Source of the DNA: Octopus bimaculoides
Taxonomy: Eukaryota
DNA length: 64,000 nt
Direction of reading: 5' to 3'
Assembly (NCBI RefSeq): GCF_001194135.2
Contig: NC_068981.1
Location: forward strand, 147,195,468 to 147,259,467
The translations under genes and the position numbers were made by a program. Below the pieces are notes generated by a model, which was given only the letters and a program-made list of their open reading frames with translations, was not told where the DNA came from and searched no databases. Shown one piece after another: positions 55,301-64,000 of the stretch; the stretch's first letter is position 1; each line of letters starts with the position of its first letter.

Positions 55301-58300
55301 CAATTAGCTAAAAGATTGATAATTCCTAAAAGGATATCACAAAAGGCTCCCTTGTGTGGAATTTCTTGATTTCTGTCAATTGTCCGGATCTGATCAATGG
55401 TTTTGATATCAGGAGATAATCCTCCATGTACACACAAGATACATTCATCAATAATCTATGAAATCAGAAGAGAAAAAAATATAGAAAATATATAAATAAA
55501 AACAACCGTATTGAAGTAATCAATATAGTAATATAATTATCAGTCAGCTACAATATTATCAATCAAATAAATATAAATAAGATATAATATTTGTTTAATA
55601 TTTTTTATGCTTATTAAAGATTTCATTTTTGGAGTTTTGATTTAGCTAAAACTGTTAGGATAATTGAGAGTTAAATTAATGTTTAGCAAAAGGTGTTCCA
55701 ACATTTTCCAAACATAATGTATGTAAAACTACATTGAAAAACATTCATTTTTTTTTAAACAGTAGAGCGAGTTGTGAGGGATATTTGATTTCTATTTCAG
55801 CAGGTTAAAAGACCAATCAGAGATTTTTTTCCAGATTTGGCTCAGCTAGTGAGGGATGTAAAACTGTAAGTTAGCTTTGTAGACAAAACTACGTAGATAG
55901 CTGCAAAAAGAAATGTCAATCACTTAAAATGTATGGAAATTGTGGAAGAGAGAGACCCAGAAAGACACAGGACAAAGTACTGAAGGCTGATCATGGGACA
56001 CTGAGCCTTATAGAGGAGATGACAAAGGGCTGAAGTATCTGGTGCCTTGCTGTACTCAAGAAGCTCCATCCTCCACAGCAGAATTGTTAATGCCCAACTC
56101 CCAGGGGAAGTGGTTTTTGCTTGCAAGAGCTCAGTGCTGGTGCCACATAAAAGCACCTATGTTGCTGCCACATAAAATTACCTGTGCTGGTACCAAGTAA
56201 ACAGTATTGGTTTTGCATGGGATGTAATAGAGATCTGCCCAAGGTGTCACACTGTGGGAGTGAACCTATAAACCACTTGGCAACAGAGCAAACTTCTTAG
56301 CAAATGGCCAAGCCTATGTTACTCTGTATGAATGTATGTATGATGATGTATGTGTGTATAGAGTATGTAAGACCAGATAAGAAGGTCAAAACAGCACTCA
56401 ATACCAACTGGAGAGATGTGAAGTGCCAGCAGTTATAAACATAAGTGTATGTGTGCGCACACACACATGCACTTACATTTGCCCATCTCAGAAAATCACT
56501 CAGCTATGATATGGGCAGTGATATTGCTGTCATTTCCCATGTCAACAGTTTTTATGTAGCCTTTGTACCTTTAAAAACGTGTGCATTAATGTATTCCTTA
56601 CTTGAAAAACAGACAAGGATTAGCAGCAAGAAAGGCTGATGACATTTTACTAATTATATTTGCCAGGCTCGTGCTAGCATGGAAACAAATGTAAAAATAA
56701 ATGAAACAAAATGAATATAGGATGAATTCTCATAAGATAGCAGCATCTTGCAGAATATTAGTTATAAAATGGCACACAGTATCTATGTATACTAAATCAC
56801 TGCACAATATGTGTAAGGTTAAGCTGTGCGACAACTAATCACATAAAAAGTTAGAAGTTCAGTTTACAGTTAATATTTTGTGTCCATGAGCAAGTTATGT
56901 ACTTTTGTTTGCTTAACTAAATGAAAATACAAGCTCTACTGCCTACTTCACAGTTGAATGGTTAGTAGTAGAAATGACATCCAGCTGTAAAAATGCAGTT
57001 GATCTAACATGTAACTTATTCTACCTATAATTATGACACAAAAGCTGTTACTAAAGCTAAAAATCTAAAATATAGTTAGCACTATAGATCTAGTGGTTAG
57101 TTACTAGTAAGTGGATGCCATATTTGATGACATAAAAATGCACAGAATATCAGACACAGGCTAATTTAAGCAGTTTTAGTACATTAAAGCTTATGCAAGG
57201 CCTAACTTTACATATAGAATGTGAGATGATTTTTTTGAGATATTTTCATGTTTTGAGGAAAAAGTGGATCGTTAATGCTGTCAAATACAATATATATTTT
57301 TTTAATGGCTTAGTCATTAAATCCTTTGTTGAAGCTAGCAACAAACTGTTTATACAAGAAATATGCTGAAGTACTTACAGCAGCAATTGTCAGAAGATCA
57401 AAGACTTTACAACAATATCGCCATGCATTGGCATTGCCATATTTTGTTTGACACTCATCTGAAAGTAAGAATTTAGGAAATAGAGAAGAAAACAAAAAAA
57501 ATATTAAAAAAAAAACAATAATAATCCAATCTTAGTAAAATATCAAACAACAAGGATTAACAAAATTAGAATGAAATTATATTTTCTTCATTCCTTTTAA
57601 CCCTTTATCTGCAAAATTAAATTTCATGGTTATCCCAATACTGATGGTAAATATCTAATAAAAAAAAAAAAGATTTTCTGCACGTCACATTACCTCAATA
57701 AACTTGACATGTCTCAACAGAATATAGTGTCAAACATAACAAAGTAGATTGCTATATAAAAGTGCTTTTTGCAATTTAAGGTAATGACATTTTGAGTGGA
57801 GATATTTGATTTCTGCAGTAAAGGGATTAACCAATTCCAAAGCAGAGAAGATTGTGTAAAATATAAAACATGTTAATTATGCTTAAGTATATTGAATGCA
57901 AATGTATTTCACAGCAATATGAACAGATGACAACTTTATTCTGTACAAGTAAAAATAGTTAATTCCTTTAATACTGGACAGTTAGAGAACTTACCATAAA
58001 ATCCATAGATTTGTGTAATTTGTCTACTTTCATGGTTTCCCCTGAGTAAAACAATTTTATCAGGCCACCTAAAGGAAAAAATTGAACAATTATTTATCAA
58101 TTTTGAAGTAAAATGCTAACAAAAAGAATATATATATACCAACACCAGTCTGAATATTAAACCTCTTAATGCCAGTGGCATGATAAAAAGAAATTTTAAT
58201 AAAAAATGTGACACATACTACAACAAGGATTAACAATTCTCTCAGTTGTTATGTGCATTAGGAAATGGAGGGAACATAAGACAGTGTTGGAGCAGACCCA

Positions 58301-61300
58301 ATCAACTCATGCCAGCATAAAAAACAAAAGACATGGACGACGACAACAACAAGGAGGGTGCAGTAGTGGTGGTGGTGGTGATGATGATTAAGATGATGTT
58401 GATGAGAAGGAGGGATTAACAACTATTGAAAGTAGAAATAATTTTGGTCATAAATCAAATGAGCAAAGGATTAGGTCAAATATTTTTTTCATCTGATTTT
58501 AGAAATACTGAAACATTTCAAAGCAAAGTTGTTTCAGTTGCTACAGTAAAAAAAGAAAAATAGTTGTTGCTTAAAAATGAAATATCTATGAATGAACATA
58601 TTTCTGTAGCAGTGGTACTATTAAAACATTGCAACTGAGAAGATCAAGAAAAGCTGCTTCAACCTCAACAAGTAATTAAGACTCTTTATATTATAAATTC
58701 CAAAATTCTTCATTAAAAAAAAAGTTACAATGCACCTAAAAATATTCATTAGTATTGATAACATTTTAAAGCGGAGTTTGAACTCACTGCTCCAATTTCT
58801 TTTGATAAAGCTAACTTTGATTTCATGTTAACAATTAAGATACTTTCCTTCTTTTACATTTGATTATTTGAAGAGAAGCAACAGTTCCTATATATGTGCC
58901 ATTCCTACTAGATTAAGGAGAGCTTAAGTAGAATTAGTGACGTTATTTTGATTGCTATAAGATAATGTTTAGAGTTAAAACATTAACCAGATTTTTATGT
59001 TCAAGAGTAAAGCAACTCTTGATTGAGATGATTGAGACCAACAAATTTCTTATTCCCACAACCCTGGCCCAAAATATTTTTCTCTCTCATCAATACTTGA
59101 TCCTTGCAATTTCTATATAAGCAAAGATAATATGGATAACATTTGGACTCACAAAGTTTAATGCAATTAAACTAGGAAATAATGTAGAAAACAAAACATA
59201 ACTTCACACTCATTTTCAAAGTCACAAAATCTATTTATTTGACTAGTTTCCTACTAAACCAACAAAGACAACAGACCAATGAGAAATAAAATTAACTTAC
59301 TTGGCTTTTAAAGTTAATAACAATGTGAATGTCTCCAGACTGTAGTATCCTCGGTCCACAAAATCTCCCTGGAAAATATCAGTTAATTGTTTAAAAAATA
59401 AATTATTTATTGCATTCATTCTCTTATTCTTTTACTTGTTTCAGTCATTTGACTGTGGCCAAGCTGGAGCACCACCCCTAGTTGAACAAATCGACCCTAG
59501 GACTTCATTGTAAGCCTAGTACATATTCTACCAGCCTCGTTTACCAAACCACTAAGTTACGGGGATGTAAACACATCAACATTGGTTGTTAAGTGATGGT
59601 AGGGGGACAAACACAGACACACAAATACACACACACACACACACTTACAACAGGCGTCCTTCAATTTCTATCAAGCAAATCCACTCACAAGGCTTTGGTT
59701 GGCCTGAGGCTATAGTAGAAAATACTTGCCCAAGGTGTCATGCAGTGGGACTGAACCTGGAGCCATGTTGTTGGGAAGCAAGCTTCTTACCACACAGCCA
59801 CTCCTGATTGTCAATATAAATTTAATATAGGTAACAAAACAGAAACCAAAAAAACTTGTGGTGGTTTTTTTAAAGTTTATATATTTGTAAGAGAAAAATT
59901 TCTAGATGCTTGGGACTGAGCCCTTCCCAAAAAAGAGTAAACTGTATCATCTGAAAACTGAAATATGATGTTAATAAAGTGCACTCTTCACTTTAAGATA
60001 TGAGTGTAAAGTTAATTATGACCACAAGGACCAGTCCTTGCTACAGTGTGGTGGCCTGTGTGCCTTGATGACCCTAAGAGCTATGCATGCTCCAGGTAAG
60101 ACCTGCCATGGTGGACAGGTCAAAAGATACAGGCCAAACTATTATGGATTACCTCTTCCCAGAGCTAAAAGTAAGTTTACATATGGCCAACATTCCTACC
60201 TAGGAAAAATAAAGTTACAGGCACATTAACGACAATCTCAAACTAATAAAACCGAGGAGAGGAAGGCCTTCCCTTAGAGATATATATGATTTGGTGTAGT
60301 GAAATCCAAAAGGATTCAACCAGAGAGAAGCAGGAAAAAAAACAGCTCAGAGTCAACAACAGCAGAAAAAAAAAGTCGTTGATGGCCTTAGCTCCACAAG
60401 GAGCAAAGGAGTTAAGTATGTATAAAGTTAATTGTGAGTATAATGAGCATAAAGTTTTTTTCTTTTTGTTTGCAATTATAAAACCACTGTTACTTTTAGT
60501 TTGTAAGTGTTCATATGGGTGGAACATGTATCATCAGATATAGGTCAACATCTTATCACTTTTTTCATCACTCAACTATGTTTTGAGCACAAAAAAGAAG
60601 TTCTCTTTACTTCTTTTATATATTTCTGAGTACTTTGGGTAAATTTTTTTTTCATTTTCCTAAGTCCATGATTCTTTGGTCGAGGGGAAATAACTGGTAA
60701 AAAAAAAAACTAAGGTGTTTTATCCTTCAATAATTTGAACCTGTTGACTTGCAGTTAATTCTAAATGTGTCCTAATGAAGATAACGATTGCATATGGTTC
60801 AGTTTAATAAGAAAGTTCCAATACAATAAAAAAAAGGAATAAGTGTATCAAAGGAAGAAAAAGAAAGAAAAGGGAAATACATATTCAAAAGTTCTTCATC
60901 CATGAACCCACCACTAACACCCATATGAACTTAATAGTTTGTTTATATTTACTGTGTTCAAACAAAGCATTTAAAATATATCCAGTCTTTTCTCTAAAAT
61001 GCAGAGATCACATCTTTTAGCCACCATTTAAATAAATTTTAGCTTGCAATTTTAACTTCTAAAAATCAAATCTAACTTGAGAGCCTTATTAGATTTCAAT
61101 TATCTATGTTCCTGAAAGAAGAGGAGTGATTGTGAAATCTTTTCTTGAATGTTCCTTCCGTCATACTAATAAAGCAGTTTAGAGGTTGCAAGGGTTGGGC
61201 CCATTGATTTAACCTCTGGTTTCTGTATTGCAGGATATGTTCTGTGGGAATGTACCATTGTTTCTATATTAGTAACAGACTTCAGTAGTTGTAAATTTAT

Positions 61301-62691
61301 GGAATAAACTTATATTGGTTGAATAGTTCCTGCATCTATGGTTAGTGAGAAAGAGCTTCTTAGGCAGACTTTTATTATGATTTAACATTTACAGATTAAG
61401 GAGTGGAAACCAAATGATATCATGGCTTTTTTTTTTCCAAAAGTATGTACCTAACTTTATCTTTGAGTCTACTCACTTCTTGTACAACCTCATAGCTAAG
61501 GGTTGCTCTATCAAAGAACTCTTTACTACAGAACAGATTCAAAATCCTTTTACGTATATTGTTGATTAGGTTTTGGAACACTAAAGACAGATGGCATGAA
61601 CCAATAACTAAGTCACTATATATATATAAAAACTATGTAAGAAGCAGAGAGTCAAAAACAAACTAGTTTGATGAAAGCCCTTAATAATAGAGACTTTATA
61701 AGTAATTTCCCTATGGAAGTTGAAGATATTCAGCAGTTAATGAATTCACAACATAACAAATTTGTGAAGATATTGTGCATAATGACAAGGTATTTACATA
61801 TGTGTGTTCATAATGTTCACAGAAAATCTATAAATGTAATGTGCAGTACACTATAGCATGGAAACAAACCATTATTAACAGACCAGTAATTTATTAATCA
61901 CTCTGGCAACCAAGAACATGCTTTACATGGAAATTGGTCATTGGAAGTTATGGAGAAGTGTGCATTCAATGATAGATGTAAAAAAGATGAATGGGGTCCA
62001 ATCTATAAGTGTGCACATGGAGGAAAGACCAATGGATTGGGTCTGGTAGAGTGTGATATTCACAACTGATTGAGGGTAAATACAATTCAAGAAAAGTACC
62101 TCATCTCTCCAGATTTGGAGTTTATGTCTGAATTAGTGTTGTATAACTGGCAAAGTTGAAGAAATTGAAATAAAGGAATAGTGAATTTGATGAATGAGAG
62201 ATGAGAACAGGAATTGTCAAAACAGAAATTGGAGCCAGTAAGCTTGTAGTGGAAGGAAGAATAGAGGTGAAGGCCGTCAATAATGACAGAGATGTTAAAA
62301 GATCTGATATGAAGGAAGTTATTTCCAACATATAGGTATGGTTGTGTGGTTAAGAAGCTTGCTTCCCAACTGTGTGTTTCAGGTTCAGTCCTACTATGTG
62401 GCACCATCGGAAATTTGTGAGTAGATTTGGCAGATGGAAACTGAAGGAAACTTATCATGTACGTGCATGAGTGTATGTATATGGGAATCTTACTAGTTTT
62501 GACATTGTGTGATCATTGTAAAAGAACGTATATTTCAAATCTTCTGTGAAAAACATGTCTGACCTTGGGAGATATTACTTTGCTTGGGGACAGATGAGTG
62601 TTGGTGACAAGGAAAGCAGCCAGCTACAGAAAATCTGCCACAATGAATTCATTGTGACCCATGCCAGCATGGAAAAGTGGACATTAGAATA

Positions 62692-62728
<37 letters not shown>

Positions 62729-62926
62729 GTGTAATGAGTAAACGTAAGAATTTAATATTCTTTTACTGGTTTCATTCACTGGACTGTGGCCATACTAGAG
62801 CACTGTTTTCAAGGTTTTAACTGGTCCTGTCAACTCCAGTACTTAATTCAGTCAGTTCTCTATCAAACAGCTAAGTTGTAAGACAAAGGATATTTATTCT
62901 GAACAGCATAAACTTAGACACATTTA

Positions 62927-62957
<31 letters not shown>

Positions 62958-63270
62958 ATACATGCATGCAGCAAACTTCTGTGCAATTTCTGTACCAAAT
63001 TTCATTCACAAAATATTGGTCAACACAAGGCTATGATAGAAGACACCAGCTCTGCATATAACAGTGATTGAACTTAGAACCATGTGATCATGAAGTAAAC
63101 TTCTTAACCATGCAACTATACCTGTGCCTATATAACATATTTAGCTTGTAAACGTTTTATGCCAAGAAGATTGTTGTGAAGTGGAATAAACTTTAAATAC
63201 TTACCATAAATACATAATGTTTATCTGGCATTTCACCACCAGTACGGAAAAGGGCCATTAAATCATAAAA
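49166..63270 (-). CDS. PPP6C: Serine/threonine-protein phosphatase 6 catalytic subunit, 5'-partial, 8 exons in window: 63205-63270, 59301-59368, 57995-58068, 57379-57458, 55338-55455, 54191-54282, 51948-52005, 49166-49356
   Basis: Manual splicing gives one frame: [22 protein letters not shown] / [23 protein letters not shown] / [24 protein letters not shown] / [27 protein letters not shown] / [39 protein letters not shown] / [31 protein letters not shown] / [20 protein letters not shown] / [24 protein letters not shown]...[15 protein letters not shown] motifs GDFVDRG, RGNHE, HGG and SAPNY are present. [13 protein letters not shown] and [10 protein letters not shown] are PP6-type rather than PP2A/PP4. 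All intron phases are compatible. The roughly 57 N-terminal residues, including GDIHG, were not found in the window. Confidence 0.96.
49767..49817 (+). mobile_element. RTE/BovB-type 5' motif remnant
   Basis: GGGGAAGGCAATGGCAAACCACCC...TGCCAAGAAAAC resembles the RTE/Bov-A terminal motif as recalled. Confidence 0.4.
51948..52005 (-). CDS. PPP6C: PPP6C exon (58 nt)
   Basis: Acceptor cccttttag, donor gtaagt, encodes [19 protein letters not shown](G). Confidence 0.95.
54191..54282 (-). CDS. PPP6C: PPP6C exon (92 nt) preceded by a U12-type acceptor
   Basis: Encodes (D)[30 protein letters not shown], donor gtaaat, preceded by TTCTTTAAC-TGTATTCAA. Confidence 0.93.
54283..55337 (-). other. U12-type (minor spliceosome) intron with AT-AA termini, 1055 nt
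   Basis: The 5' end ATATCCTTTT matches the RTATCCTT consensus. The branch site TTCTTTAAC (54292-54300) lies 9 nt upstream of the exon, and the last two bases are AA. No GT-AG pair restores the conserved GAFC-DLVWSDP junction. Confidence 0.88.
55338..55455 (-). CDS. PPP6C: PPP6C exon (118 nt) ending at a U12-type donor
   Basis: Acceptor tttcatag, encodes [12 protein letters not shown]...HKGAFC plus one G, followed by ATATCCTTTT. Confidence 0.93.
57379..57458 (-). CDS. PPP6C: PPP6C exon (80 nt)
   Basis: Acceptor tactttcag, donor gtaagt, encodes [27 protein letters not shown] (overlaps ORF track 57310..57495). Confidence 0.95.
57597..57830. mobile_element. piggyBac-like MITE in PPP6C intron
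   Basis: TTAACCCTTTATCTGCAAAAT ... ATTTCTGCAGTAAAGGGATTAA. Confidence 0.55.
57995..58068 (-). CDS. PPP6C: PPP6C exon (74 nt)
   Basis: Acceptor ttcctttag, donor gtaagt, contains RGNHE. Confidence 0.95.
59301..59368 (-). CDS. PPP6C: PPP6C exon (68 nt)
   Basis: Acceptor ttttccag, donor gtaagt, encodes [22 protein letters not shown](K). Confidence 0.95.
59420..59805 (-). mobile_element. SINE family A copy in PPP6C intron
   Basis: Reverse-complement match to 14727-15104. Confidence 0.85.
60960..61280 (-). mobile_element. Penelope-like GIY-YIG endonuclease remnant
   Basis: Frames give [21 protein letters not shown] and [11 protein letters not shown]. Confidence 0.7.
63205..63270 (-). CDS. PPP6C: PPP6C exon (66 nt)
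   Basis: Acceptor ttttttctag, donor gtaagt, encodes [22 protein letters not shown]. Confidence 0.93.
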
Positions 63271-64000
63271 CTAGAAAAAAACAGAAAATATAGAGTAGTG
63301 GTAAGAAACAAAAATCTTCCAAATATGGAAATAGAGTTAATGCAAAAAAAAAAAAAAAAAAATTTTAATATTTTCTATTACTAAAAATGAATTAAAACCA
63401 AAATAATTAAATATATTGGCAATTATGTATACAAAAACTTCAATGTATACTGAAGATATTTTAATAGAAGAACATTTGTAGTTTGGTCAGAGGAGATCAG
63501 ATGGCACCCATGAAGCTTTGCAGAGTCTCTGAGAATGGTGGGGACTAAAGGGGTAAGAAAGAAACTATGATGGTGCCAATAAAATGAGTACCAGTCTCCA
63601 CTGACTGGCTCCTGTGCTGGTGACACATAAAAAGCACCACCCGAACGTGATCAATGCCAGGTTCACCCGACTGGCTCCTGTGCCAGTTGCACGTAAAATG
63701 CACTATCTGAACACGATCAATGCCAGGCCCACTTGAGTAGATCCTGTGCCGGTGGCATGTAAAAAGCACCCACTATTCTCTTGGAGTGGTTGACATTAGG
63801 AAGGGCATCCAGCTGTAGAAACATTGCTTGATTAGATTGCAGCCTGGTGTAGCTGCTGGCTTTCTAGATCTCAGTCAAACCGTTTAACCCATGTTAGCGT
63901 GGAAAACGGACGTTAAACAATGATGATGATGATGATGATGATGACTGAACCAACTATATCCCTCTTCCAGAAAGTGAAGCTTTGTGCCTAAGTTAGAAAC

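Noticed and set aside
55198-55337. Continuing the PPP6C exon past GAFC as DILLGII..., or using a GT donor in TGTGAT
   Set aside because: The read-through loses homology and stops after 15 codons, and no matching AG acceptor restores the frame; the U12 solution fits exactly
62087-62458. ORFs 62087..62458 and 62122..62331
   Set aside because: Composite of a SINE head and probable decayed LINE sequence inside a PPP6C intron, with no coherent domain

Overview
AT-rich, microsatellite- and transposon-dense eukaryotic DNA with several N gaps. The repeat families and overall style suggest a coleoid cephalopod, probably Octopus (inference). Two conserved genes are well supported, both on the minus strand. 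The first is an intronless ZNF330/NOA36 (33151-34089). The second is the 3' eight exons of the protein phosphatase 6 catalytic subunit PPP6C (49166-63270; the 5' exons lie beyond the window end). PPP6C can only be assembled through a minor-spliceosome (U12-type) intron with rare AT-AA ends (54283-55337), which is the most notable feature. I also reconstructed a candidate 3-exon plus-strand gene (18600-24555) encoding a 148-aa single-pass membrane protein with adaptor-like tyrosine motifs. The rest is decayed Gypsy, CR1/L2, RTE, RLE-type, Penelope and mariner elements, MITEs and SINEs. It also holds several fold-back palindromes and a degenerate hammerhead-ribozyme-like motif. No CRISPR array, rRNA or intact tRNA gene was seen. 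Repeat boundaries are approximate, and no database search was run.
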